From an uncultured Gemmatimonadaceae bacterium (GTDB lineage Bacteria > Gemmatimonadota > Gemmatimonadetes > Gemmatimonadales > Gemmatimonadaceae), in the NCBI GenBank assembly GCA_963790305.1, contig CAWBOC010000004.1:10476-74475 (forward strand): 64,000 bases of DNA, in the 5' to 3' direction. Positions within the stretch are counted from its first letter, which is position 1. Each line of letters starts with the position of its first letter. Position numbers and translations under genes: made by a program. This document shows positions 40,464 to 50,457 of this stretch, piece after piece. A model generated the notes under the pieces. It did not search any database. It was not told the origin of the DNA and worked only from the letters and a program-made list of their open reading frames with translations.

Positions 40464-42212
40464 GTGAGAACTCTCGCCTTCGTATTCGCCTCCGTTGCCG
40501 CGTCGCTGGCCTCCGGCTGCGCCCAGTCGCGCCAGCAATTGTCTCCAGCCCGGCATCCGGTCGCCGTGATCGCCGACGAAGCGCTGTCGCGATACGCGAT
40601 GTACGGGATGTCCGGCAGCGTTCTGCTCTCCATGAACGGCACGACGATCCTGGAGAAGGGGTATGGGCTGGCCGATCGCCAGCGCTCGATCGAAGCGATG
40701 GCGGCAACGCGGTACGACGTCGGCTCGATCACCAAGACGCTCACTGCCGCCGCCGTCCTCCGGCTCGTCGACGAGGGCCGGCTCTCGCTCACCGATTCGC
40801 TAGGCACGTTGTTCCTCGACGTACCGACCGAGAAGCGCGGGCTGACAATCCATGCTCTGCTCACGCACACGGCCGGGTTCGCGCTGGACCCGGCCAACGT
40901 GGGTATCACCGCCGCCGATAGCCGCGACACGTTCGTGGCGAAGGCGATGTCGAGTCCGCTGCAATCCGCACCGGGCAGGTACGCCTACTCGAACCTCGGC
41001 TATGGATTGCTGGCAATCCTGGTCGAACGGCGGTCTGGTAGTGACTTCCGCGCGTACGCCGACAAGGAGCTCATCGCGCGAGCGGGACTCACCCACACCA
41101 CGTGGTGGCGCGACAGCGCCGCGCTCGCGATCCCCGGCGTCGCGGTAGGGTACGTGTTCTCGGATCGTGAGGATGTGCTCTCGCCTGAGCCGCCATTCGG
41201 TCGAGGCGGGCCGCAGTCTCCCACATGGTCGAAGTGGCCGCTCGGCGCGGCAGGCATCGTAAGCACCGTGGGTGACCTTGCCAGATGGCTCGATGCATTG
41301 CGCGCCGGACGCATCCTTTCCGAGACCGGCACCCGCGGGATGTTCACTCGGCAGGACAGCACCGGAAATCAGGGCTACGGATGGACGGTGACGTCGCGCG
41401 GCGAGCTGGGTACCGCCATCTACCGCGGCGGATCGAGAACGGCGTTCAACTCCGTCATCGCCCTATACCCTGAGCGAAGCGCGACCGTCGTGTTTGCGGT
41501 CAACCAATCCGTCGAATCGCAGTGGCATGTGCTCGTCTGGCGCACACTGGAGCGGGCGATCGCGGGACATGGCGACTCACTTCCGCCTGCCACCGTTCAG
41601 CTCACCACGGCCGAGCTCGCGCGATTCGAGGGAGCGTATGCTGTTCCCGGAGGCGGGCTCGTCCGTGTCATCCCGGAGGGCGACGAGCTCGTCGTCGGTG
41701 TCGAGGGGCAGAACGCGATCGACGTCATCCAGGGAGCCGCGGCGCTGCCTAACGCCGCGCGATACGGCGAGCTGTCGCTTCGCGTACTGAATGGGGTCGC
41801 CGCCGGCTCGACTGTCGACACGACCGTGCTGGTGGCCGCTCGACAGCAGGAGCTCATCACGTGGCTGTCGACACGGACGTCAGTCTCGGCCACGCCACAT
41901 CTCGAGCTGCTCGGCACGATTCCTCATCCTTCGGGCGGGGGACGAGTGCAGACCTTCGTCCGCTGGGGAGCCGATGATCGTCTCATCGTTCGCCTCATTT
42001 GGCAGGGCGAGCGAGTCCTCGCCTGGAGCGACGGTGTGCGCCTCCCCCTTCTCCGCCGGTTCAAGGCAACGTCGGCGAGCACCGCCGCGGCCTTCCATGC
42101 GCGCCAGCCAGGATGGATCACACTGAGACTTGGCGCGGATGCGTCGACCCTCACGCTCGAGCTGCCCGACGGGCGGATCACGCCGCCGTCAGTCAAGACC
42201 GCATCGAGGTAG
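40464..42212 (+). CDS. Serine hydrolase, beta-lactamase class C/AmpC-like lipoprotein
   Basis: GSITK (SxxK), LLTHTAG, YAYSNLGY. Confidence 0.88.
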   Translation: MRTLAFVFASVAASLASGCAQSRQQLSPARHPVAVIADEALSRYAMYGMSGSVLLSMNGTTILEKGYGLADRQRSIEAMAATRYDVGSITKTLTAAAVLRLVDEGRLSLTDSLGTLFLDVPTEKRGLTIHALLTHTAGFALDPANVGITAADSRDTFVAKAMSSPLQSAPGRYAYSNLGYGLLAILVERRSGSDFRAYADKELIARAGLTHTTWWRDSAALAIPGVAVGYVFSDREDVLSPEPPFGRGGPQSPTWSKWPLGAAGIVSTVGDLARWLDALRAGRILSETGTRGMFTRQDSTGNQGYGWTVTSRGELGTAIYRGGSRTAFNSVIALYPERSATVVFAVNQSVESQWHVLVWRTLERAIAGHGDSLPPATVQLTTAELARFEGAYAVPGGGLVRVIPEGDELVVGVEGQNAIDVIQGAAALPNAARYGELSLRVLNGVAAGSTVDTTVLVAARQQELITWLSTRTSVSATPHLELLGTIPHPSGGGRVQTFVRWGADDRLIVRLIWQGERVLAWSDGVRLPLLRRFKATSASTAAAFHARQPGWITLRLGADASTLTLELPDGRITPPSVKTASR

Positions 42213-42335
42213 CAACACCTCGGTTGCGCTGACGCGCTCCCAGAATCACTGTCAGGCTTCGAACGCCTCGAAACAGACCACCTTCAACATGGGAAGGGGG
42301 GCGGACTTTTCTCGAAGACCAGGTGAGCGCTACCA

Positions 42336-42642
42336 ATGTTCGTTCGGATCTGGCTGTTTCGCCCGAAGGGCGGCTTCGAAGATGAATTCGAAGCCCTGTA
42401 CGGAGAGGACGGCGCGTGGACCGAGCTCTTCAAGCGTGGCCAAGGGCTATGTCGGTACGGATCTTCAACGCGTCGCGGATGATCCTCCGGAGTATCGAAC
42501 GATCGACCGCTGGGAATCGCGCGCCGCGTGGGAGGCATTTCGCCGGGAGCACCACGCTCTGTATGAAACTCTGGACCGGCGAGGCGAGCTCGTCACCGCC
42601 ATGGAGCAACTCGTGGAGGAGTCCGACACACCAGCCTCCTGA
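42336..42642 (+). CDS. Antibiotic biosynthesis monooxygenase (ABM)-like protein (frameshift)
   Basis: MFVRIWLFRPKGGFEDEFEALYGEDGAWTELF + GYVGTDL...YRTIDRWESRAAW. Confidence 0.75.
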
Positions 42643-42645
42643 GGA

Positions 42646-44449
42646 ATGATCGGACTCGGCTGTATGCGGCTGTCGACCGCCGCCGATCGGGACGACGAGA
42701 ATGGGGTGGCCGTCATTCGCGCGGCGCTCGATGCCGGCGCGACGTTGCTCGACACCGCCGATGCGTACTGCCTCGACGATCGCGACGTCGGCCATAACGA
42801 ACGCCTGATCGCCCGAGCGCTCACCGGATGGACGGGTGAGCGCGCGCGGATCACCGTTGCCACCAAGGGCGGCATGCGGCGTCCCCGGGGCGCGTGGGTC
42901 ACCGATGGCCGCGCGAAGCACCTGCGCGACGCGTGTGACGCGAGCCGGCAGGCGTTAGGCGTGGCCACGATCGAGCTCTATCAGCTCCACGCCGTCGATC
43001 CGAAGACCCCGATCGAGACGAGCGTCCGCGCGCTGGCGCGCCTTCAGGACGAAGGCAAGATCCGCGACATCGGACTCTGCAACGTCACGGTGAGCCAGAT
43101 TCAGGCTGCGCAATCGGTCGTCTCGATCGCTTCGGTGCAGGTCAGCCTTTCGCCGCTCGACGACGGAGAGTCTTCGCAACGGCGTCGCCGAATACTGCCG
43201 CGACCACGGCATCCGTCTCATCGCATACCGCCCGCTTGGGGGAGAGCGCGTGAAGCAGCTCGCTCGGGATCCCGTTCTCTCGCGAATCGCCGCGAAGCAC
43301 GCGACGTCCAACGAGGACGTTGCACTCGCCTGGCTCATGAGCTTTGGCGCCGGGATCGTGCCCATCCCGGGGGCTACCCGAATCGAATCGGCGTCCTCGC
43401 TCTCGCGGGCGCTCGCCATCGAGCTCAACGAGGAAGACCGAATCGCGCTGGACGAACGCTTCTCGGGCCGGCTCCTTCGTGTGCCGCGGGCTCAGCGGCG
43501 GCCGCCCGATGACGCTGGCGGCGACGTGGTGATCGTGATGGGTATGCCTGGCGCAGGAAAAACGGCGGTCGCTCGCGAGCTGGAAGGTGAAGGGTACGAG
43601 CGGCTCAACAGAGACGACCGTGGTGGCTCCCTTGCCGACCTCGCTACGCGCCTCGACGAGCTGCTCGCCGATGGCTGTCGGCGAGTCGTGCTCGACAATA
43701 CCTACCCCACGCGCAAATCGCGGAACGAGGTGATCGAGACCGCGTGGCAGCGAGGCGTTCCGGTGCGATGCGTCTGGCTCACGACCGACGTCGCCAATGC
43801 GCAGATCAACAGCATCCATCGCATGCTCGATGTTCACGGATCGCTTCCAACGCCAGAGGAGATCCGAGAGCGCAGCAAGACGGACCCGCGGTACTTGCTG
43901 CCTGACGCACAGTTCCGATACGAGCGGACGCTCGAACCCCCAAGCGTCGACGAGGGATTCATGTCGGTCGAGACACGCCGCTTCGTTCGCGAGGCCGGCG
44001 CGACCGGTGGGCGGGCGTTGATTCTCGACTTCGACGATCTGGTCGGAGGCGGAGCGCCGGTGCTTAACCCGGATGACGTCGCGATCGATGAGGCGCGCCG
44101 CGATACTCTGGCGCGACATCACGAGGACGGCTGGCTTCTGTTCATTCACGCGTGGCGGCCCCAGCTCGCGCGTAGCGAAACGACGCTCGAGGCCATCGAG
44201 GCCTCCTTCGCGAGAATGCGAGAGCTGCTCGGCGCCACGCTCGACATCGCGTGCTGCCCTCACGACGCCGGTCCGCCGGTGTGCTGGTGCCGAAAGCCGA
44301 TCCCTGGTTCCGTGCTCGAGTTCGCTTCACGCCGAGGTGTCTCGCTCGCCCGGTCGATAGTGATCGGCAGCTCGGCCGCCGACCGAACAATGGCCGAGCG
44401 GGTCGGTGCGTGCTTCGAGCCGGCCGGAGCTTTCTTGGGCAACAGGTAG
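42646..44449 (+). CDS. Aldo/keto reductase fused to an AAA_33 P-loop kinase and a HAD-IIIA-like domain (frameshift near 43170)
   Basis: IGLGCMRLS, DTADAY, VATKGG, LYQLH, PIPGATR; GMPGAGKT, RLNRD, VVLDNT; ILDFDD, CCPH..CWCRKPIPG. Confidence 0.85.
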
Positions 44450-44525
44450 CACCCACGGTTGCGCCCAACAGCTTCCAGGGCCACTGTCACGGTTTGCGGT
44501 CCCGATAACTCGACCGGGAGGAACT

Positions 44526-45503
44526 ATGGCGCGGGTGCTCGTAATTGGTGGAACACTCTTCATCGGCCGAGCGCTCGTCGATCAGCTGCTCGAGCGCGGC
44601 GATGAGGTCGTGATCATGCATCGCGGCAAAGAGACGCCGTTCGGCGACCGGGTCGGCGAGATTCGGTGCGACCGAAACGACATTGCGGCGGTTCGTAAGG
44701 CACTGAACGGTACGAGCTTCAATGTGGTGTACGACAACGTCTACGACTGGGAGCGCGGGACGACCGCCGAGCAGGTGAGCGCGGCCGCCGTGGCGGCTTC
44801 CGCGGGCCTGCGTCGTTACGTGTTCACGTCGAGCGTCGCGGCGTATCCCCCCGGTGGCGAGTACGACGAGCAAGCTCCGCTCGTACCCTCGGATTATCCG
44901 AATGTCTATGGCGCGCAGAAGGCAGACAGCGAGCGGGCGCTGTTCGAGCTACATCGGCGGCAGGGTGTTCCCGTTACGACGCTGCGGCCAGCCTTCATTT
45001 ACGGACCCCACAATCCATTCCCCCGGGAAGCGTTCTTCTGGGATCGGATGCGCGCCGGCCGCCCGATCATCATCCCAGAGGATGGCTCGCGCACGATGCA
45101 GTGGGTGCATGTCCGAGATGTCGCGCGCGCTGCGGTGCTCGCGGCAACACGCGACGCAGCGGTTGGCCACGCCTACAATCTCGCGAGCTATCCGCCGATC
45201 ACGCAGCTTGCCTTCGTGAAATTGCTGGCGAGCATCGCCGGTCACGAACCGCACCTCGTGCACATCCCACGGGAGCAGATCGAGCGGGCGGGGGGTGCGC
45301 TCTTCGCGCCGCCATTTTACTTCGGCGTTTACCTCGACATTCCGCCCATCACTGCCCGCAACGATCGCGTGCGCTCCGAGCTCGGTCTGGCACTCACGTC
45401 TCTCGAGGATGGGTTGCGCGAGACGTATCAGTGGTATCAGCAGCAGGAGCGGCCCGCATCGGACTTCTCCTGGGAGGACCGGCTGCTCGTGGCCGCGCGA
45501 TGA
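44526..45503 (+). CDS. NAD-dependent epimerase/dehydratase
   Basis: VLVIGGTLFIG, YGAQK, LRPAFIYGP, VHVRDVA. Confidence 0.9.
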   Translation: MARVLVIGGTLFIGRALVDQLLERGDEVVIMHRGKETPFGDRVGEIRCDRNDIAAVRKALNGTSFNVVYDNVYDWERGTTAEQVSAAAVAASAGLRRYVFTSSVAAYPPGGEYDEQAPLVPSDYPNVYGAQKADSERALFELHRRQGVPVTTLRPAFIYGPHNPFPREAFFWDRMRAGRPIIIPEDGSRTMQWVHVRDVARAAVLAATRDAAVGHAYNLASYPPITQLAFVKLLASIAGHEPHLVHIPREQIERAGGALFAPPFYFGVYLDIPPITARNDRVRSELGLALTSLEDGLRETYQWYQQQERPASDFSWEDRLLVAAR

Positions 45504-45583
45504 GACATGACGGGGCGAGGCGCCGATCGTCTTGCTGACGGCGCCCACCCCGGGCGAGTGCCTCCACCGCCGTCCGCGGAATC

Positions 45584-46141
45584 ATGAACGGTCCCTCCTG
45601 GCTCGACCTTCTTTGGCGCGTCTTCACCGTCGCTGGCACTGTCGGTGTGTTCCTGGTGTGGCGGCGTTTGCCCACGTTGCCCGACCCGCTCGCTCGCGCA
45701 CGACTCGCGGCCCTCGCCCTCGCCATCACGGCGTCAGCAATCTGGTCCGCGCTGCTGCTGGATGAGTTCATTCGTTGGGCGGCGAAGTCCCCACCACCGC
45801 CGGTGCTGATTCTCGGAATGCGACTCACGTGGCATGCAGTCGTTTACGGCTTGGCCCTGCTCGTGCCCGGATGGCTACCGCGCCTCCTCCTGGCCGGTAA
45901 CCCCGGCCCCTCACGCGCCCGTTTCGTCGTCGTGCTCGGCGGGTTCACACTGTTTCTGCTCGCCACCGTGATGGTCACGACCGGTATGCTCACTCTGTTC
46001 GCAGCGTCCGTCCGCGAATGGCTCGAGGGGCTGTTCGACGTCGGCATACCCCTTCTGATGATTGCGCTCATCGCGCTGGCCATGATTCGCGCCGTGAGGG
46101 AGATGGGTGGCGGATTCCCACCGGGACACCGTGCGAGCTGA
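45584..46141 (+). CDS. Hypothetical membrane protein
   Basis: About 5 hydrophobic segments. Confidence 0.6.
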   Translation: MNGPSWLDLLWRVFTVAGTVGVFLVWRRLPTLPDPLARARLAALALAITASAIWSALLLDEFIRWAAKSPPPPVLILGMRLTWHAVVYGLALLVPGWLPRLLLAGNPGPSRARFVVVLGGFTLFLLATVMVTTGMLTLFAASVREWLEGLFDVGIPLLMIALIALAMIRAVREMGGGFPPGHRAS

Positions 46142-46214
46142 GGCAACGCCGGGCGTATAAGCGAAGGGTCGTCTGCCGGCATCGAACCGAGAGTCCCGTC
46201 TCTACGGAGCGACC

Positions 46215-46922
46215 ATGAAGAGAATCTCGATCGCCGTCCTGGCAGCGATCATCCTGCTGTCGACGGCCGCGTTCGTGCTCTCCGGTGGATGGGCGGTCGT
46301 ATCGGTATCGAAAGTTCCTGACGCGTGGATCGTCGGGAAGCCTTTGCAGCTCTCCTGGCAGGTTCGCCAGCACGGTCTCGCACCGCTCACGGGGTTGAAG
46401 CCGACGATCGAGGCGCGGTCGGAATCGCAGCAGATAACGGGCTCGACCTGGGAGTTCAACGAAGATGGCCAGAAGGGCTATCGCGGCACGATCACGTTCC
46501 CCGATCGCGGTGACTGGCAAGTCACGATTCACAGCGGCCTCGGACGCAGCCGCGCCGTTCTCATTCCCTGGCGCGTCGTCGACTCGATCAAGCCGGTTCG
46601 CGGGACGGTCGAAGCACACCTCACAACGATCGGCGTGGCTCCACTCGGCGAGGCTGAGCGTGGCCGCCGCTTGTTCGCTGCCCTGGGGTGCGTCACCTGT
46701 CATGTGCACAGCGCCGTGCCGATCACTGGAGAGCTCAGCGACTTCGGCCCGAATCTGACCGACCGCCGGTTCGCACCCGACTATCTGGCGCAGTTTCTCG
46801 CCGACCCGTCGATCAAGCCCCCAACGAACGGCAAGCGAATGCCGAATCTGGCACTGCGTGAGAAGGACATTGCCCCCCTCATCGCGTTCATCAACGCGGA
46901 GCGAGTAGCGGCACGACGTTAG
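46215..46922 (+). CDS. Monoheme cytochrome c with N-terminal Ig/YtkA-like domain
   Basis: Signal peptide; GCVTCH, GPNLT, MPNL distal Met. Confidence 0.85.
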   Translation: MKRISIAVLAAIILLSTAAFVLSGGWAVVSVSKVPDAWIVGKPLQLSWQVRQHGLAPLTGLKPTIEARSESQQITGSTWEFNEDGQKGYRGTITFPDRGDWQVTIHSGLGRSRAVLIPWRVVDSIKPVRGTVEAHLTTIGVAPLGEAERGRRLFAALGCVTCHVHSAVPITGELSDFGPNLTDRRFAPDYLAQFLADPSIKPPTNGKRMPNLALREKDIAPLIAFINAERVAARR

Positions 46923-46957
46923 GCTGGACGTCCGTCGCGGCCGACGCATATTGGCGT

Positions 46958-47558
46958 ATGGACGCGACCGCCCTTGCGGGTTTGCTCGATTTTCTCCGCG
47001 CCGCCGAGAGTCTGAAGACGGTCACTCGGAGCGCATACACGTCGCAGGGCCATCCCGAGAGTGTCGCCGAGCACACCTGGCGGCTCTCGCTGATGGCCCT
47101 GTTGCTTGCGCCGGAGTTTCCCGACGTCGATTTCGCGCGGCTGATCAAGATCTGTCTGGTGCACGACCTCGGCGAAGCGATCGGCGGCGACATTCCCGCG
47201 CCGGAGCAGGCGCGCAGGCATGCAGCCGGGGCCACCGGTGGAAAGGCCGCCGACGAGCGTCGCGACCTCGTAAGGCTGCTGGAGCCGCTCTCGGTCACTC
47301 TGCGGAGATGAGATTCTCGCGCTGTGGGATGAGTACGAGGCGGCGCAGTCGCCGGAGGCGCGGCTGGCAAAGGCGCTGGACAAGCTCGAGACGATCCTGC
47401 AGCACACGCAGGGTCGCAATCCTCCCGACTTCGACTACCGCTTCAACCTCGGGTACGCGCGCGAGCATACCGCGAGCCCGCCACTGATCGCGGAGATCCG
47501 GGCGGTGCTGGACCGAGCGACGGAGGAGCGAGCGCGCGAAGTTGGCCGTGGAACGTAG
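46958..47558 (+). CDS. HD-domain phosphohydrolase (YfbR/HDDC2-like), frameshift near 47305
   Basis: [41 protein letters not shown]. Confidence 0.88.
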
Positions 47559-47571
47559 CGAGCCCGGTGAG

Positions 47572-48228
47572 ATGAGCGAGAGGATCGGCGTACTCGTCCG
47601 CACGGAGCCGGGACCGGGAGTCCTTCATCAGCTCACGGGAGTCATCGCGAAACACCGGGGGGACATTGCTTCCGTCGAGATCTCTGCCTATCGGGCCGGC
47701 GAAGCATCGGTCTACTTCGAGATCGAGATCCCGGACGATCCAGCACCCCTGCTCGCTGAGCTTCGGGCGCTGTCGATCGTGCGCGGTCTCGATCGGGTCG
47801 CGACCCTCCATACGATCTATGGCAAGCGCGTGATCATCATGGGTGGTGGCGCCCAGGTGGGCCAGGTGGCCATCGGCGCGATCTCGGAGGCCGATCGTCA
47901 CAACATCCGCGGCGAACGAATTTCGGTCGACACGATTCCGCTGGTCGGCGAGCAGACCCTCGCCGATGCGGTACGCGCCGTCGCGCGACTTCCGCGCGCA
48001 TCCGCTCTGGTGCTGGCGGGCTCACTCATGGGCGGCGACATCGAGCACGCCGTTCGCGAGGTTCGCGCGCGCGGGCTGCTCGTCGTCAGCCTGAACATGG
48101 CCGGGAGCGTGCCCGACGCCGCCGACCTGGTGGTGACGGACCCGGTGCAGGCGGGCGTGATGACCGTCATGGCGATCGCCGACACGGCGAAGTTCACGAT
48201 CGCTCGCCTGCAGAGGCGCGTGTTCTGA
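47572..48228 (+). CDS. ACT domain + DUF5612 protein
   Basis: PGVLHQLTGVI; IYGKRVIIMGGGAQVGQVAIGAISEADRHNIRGERISVDTIPLVGE; DPVQAGVM. Confidence 0.85.
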   Translation: MSERIGVLVRTEPGPGVLHQLTGVIAKHRGDIASVEISAYRAGEASVYFEIEIPDDPAPLLAELRALSIVRGLDRVATLHTIYGKRVIIMGGGAQVGQVAIGAISEADRHNIRGERISVDTIPLVGEQTLADAVRAVARLPRASALVLAGSLMGGDIEHAVREVRARGLLVVSLNMAGSVPDAADLVVTDPVQAGVMTVMAIADTAKFTIARLQRRVF

Positions 48229-48255
48229 GACGCAGGCTACGACCAGGGAGAGCTC

Positions 48256-48639
48256 GTGGAACAGGCGATCGAGATCTACGCCGCCGTGCAGTTTCTGGTG
48301 ATCGGACTCTCGCACACGTTCCAGCCGCGCGTGTGGGTCGAGTTCTTCATCCTGCTTCGGGGCAAAGGACACGCAGGCGTCTTCGTCAACGGTTTTCTCA
48401 GTCTCATCTTCGGCTCGGTCATCGTGGGCTTTCACAACGTATGGACCGGTCTGCCAATGGTGCTCACGCTCATCGGATGGGCCCAGGTCGTGAAGGCCCT
48501 GGTGAGCTTCGTCGTACCTCAATGGGGAATGCGAGGGCTTCAGCGTGTGTCGTACGAGCGCGCGCATGAGTTCGTCGTTGGCGGCGTCTTCTTTCTCGCG
48601 TTGAGCGCTCTGATGCTCTACATCATTGTGACGCGATGA
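48256..48639 (+). CDS. Small 4-TM membrane protein
   Basis: Hydrophobic ORF with HNVW..VLTLIGW motif. Confidence 0.7.
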   Translation: MEQAIEIYAAVQFLVIGLSHTFQPRVWVEFFILLRGKGHAGVFVNGFLSLIFGSVIVGFHNVWTGLPMVLTLIGWAQVVKALVSFVVPQWGMRGLQRVSYERAHEFVVGGVFFLALSALMLYIIVTR

Positions 48640-48664
48640 CACCCATGCAGGAGCACCGCGATTG

Positions 48665-50383
48665 ATGCGTGGCATCTGGCTGCTGCTGACGGCGGCGCTG
48701 TGGTTCGCGCCGCTTCACGACACCGTCAATGCACAGGCGGTCGGACCTGCCTGTGCGCCATGTGGCAACCCGCCGTCGAAGCACGTCGTCACCGCCGATG
48801 GCCATCAGCTCACAGTGTGGGCGAAGCGCCCCACATCACCGCACGGCGCGATCCTGCTCGTGCATGGCCGGCGCTGGAGTGCACTGCCGAACTTCGATCT
48901 TCGCGTGCCGAGTGAGCAACGTTCCGTCATGGACGCGCTCGCCGCAGGCGGGTTCGCTGCGTACGCCGTCGATCTGCGCGGGTACGGTGCGACGCCGCGC
49001 GACAGCACGGGCTGGCTCACGCCTGATCGCGCGGCAACCGACGTGGCGGCGGTGCTGGACTGGATCGCTCGCCAGGAAGGGAGTCGAATCCGGCCAGCGC
49101 TTCTTGGATACTCCCGGGGATCGGCTGTCGCGCTCCTCATGGCGCAGCGACATCCGGAGAAGCTTTCCGCATTGATTCTGTATGCGTTCCCGGTGGATGT
49201 CGATGCGAAGCGGGCCGTCGACGCGGACCCCGTCGCACCACCCCGCGCACGGAACACTCGTGAAGGCGCTGGCGAGGATTTCATCACACCGACGGCAGCT
49301 TCACCCGCGCTGCGCGAAGCGTACATGGATGCCGCGGTGGCGGCGGATCCCGTCACGACGGATTGGGCGAAGATGCATCAGTTCAACGCCATGGATCCCG
49401 CCGCCGTGCGCGTACCCACGCTGCTGATTGCCGGCGCGCGCGACCCCCTTGCCGCCGGTACGTCTCACAGCCGGCTCTTCACACGTCTCGGCACTGATGA
49501 TCGCACGTGGGTCGTGCTGCCCGAGTCGGATCACGCTGCGCACATTGAGAAATCGCACGACGCATTCATCCACGCGGTCACGAGCTTCCTCGAGCGCCCC
49601 AGAGCGGGCCAGGCGCCGACCACGCAGTACCGGTCGCCAGCCGGCGTGGAGTATCGCGCGCAGTCGGACACGGGGCCCATCGCCCGCGCGCACGCCGCCT
49701 GGGTCGCCGATTCCTCCAGCGCCGACCTTCTGATTGGGCTGGGCATCGCGCAATCGGGCGCCCGGCAGTTTCGCGAAGCGATCGAGACCTTCTCGCGCGG
49801 GATCGCTCGTCACCCCCAGAACGCCATGCTCTATCGCTGGCGCGGTCATCGCTATCTCTCGGTGCGCGAGCTCGACCGCGCCGAGGCGGATTTCAGACGA
49901 GGGCTCGCACTCGACAGCGCGAACTATGGCATCTGGTACCACCTCGGGGTGGTGCGGTTCGTCCGCGGTGACTTCGCCGGCGCGGCCAGGGCGTTCGCGC
50001 GCGCTCAGCCGTTGGCGCCCGACCCCGGCGAGCTCGCCGGGGCGACCGACTGGCTCTGGATGTCGCTCGCGAGAGCGGGACGGCGCCCCGAGGGCGACGC
50101 GATGCTGGCGAGGCGTCCCGACTCGCTGCCGGCGACCAACGCCTATCGGCAGCGGCTGCGGCTGTACCGCGGGGAGATCAGCCCCGACTCGGTGATCACG
50201 GCGGCCGACTCGGGCGACGTCGCCGTCGCGACCCTGAGCTACGGCGTCGGCAACTGGTACCTGGTGCGCGGGGATACCGCGCAGGCGAGGCGCTGGTTCG
50301 AGCGGGCCATCGCGTCCGGAGGCTGGCCGGCGTTCGGGTTTATTGCGGCGGAGGCCGAGCTTCGACGCATGGGTCCGCGGTAG
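48665..50383 (+). CDS. Secreted alpha/beta hydrolase fused to a TPR domain
   Basis: LVHG, DLRGYG, GYSRG, SDHAAH; C-terminal TPRs. Confidence 0.8.
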   Translation: MRGIWLLLTAALWFAPLHDTVNAQAVGPACAPCGNPPSKHVVTADGHQLTVWAKRPTSPHGAILLVHGRRWSALPNFDLRVPSEQRSVMDALAAGGFAAYAVDLRGYGATPRDSTGWLTPDRAATDVAAVLDWIARQEGSRIRPALLGYSRGSAVALLMAQRHPEKLSALILYAFPVDVDAKRAVDADPVAPPRARNTREGAGEDFITPTAASPALREAYMDAAVAADPVTTDWAKMHQFNAMDPAAVRVPTLLIAGARDPLAAGTSHSRLFTRLGTDDRTWVVLPESDHAAHIEKSHDAFIHAVTSFLERPRAGQAPTTQYRSPAGVEYRAQSDTGPIARAHAAWVADSSSADLLIGLGIAQSGARQFREAIETFSRGIARHPQNAMLYRWRGHRYLSVRELDRAEADFRRGLALDSANYGIWYHLGVVRFVRGDFAGAARAFARAQPLAPDPGELAGATDWLWMSLARAGRRPEGDAMLARRPDSLPATNAYRQRLRLYRGEISPDSVITAADSGDVAVATLSYGVGNWYLVRGDTAQARRWFERAIASGGWPAFGFIAAEAELRRMGPR

Positions 50384-50457
50384 ACGAACGAGCTTGCAGC
50401 GGGGACGGCGACGGCCTCACATTAGGGCGCCTCGAAGGATTCCCCTCACAGCGGACC

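Noticed and set aside
40464..42212. Bona fide antibiotic-resistance beta-lactamase
   Set aside because: Generic serine hydrolase motifs with a long C-terminal extension; substrate cannot be inferred
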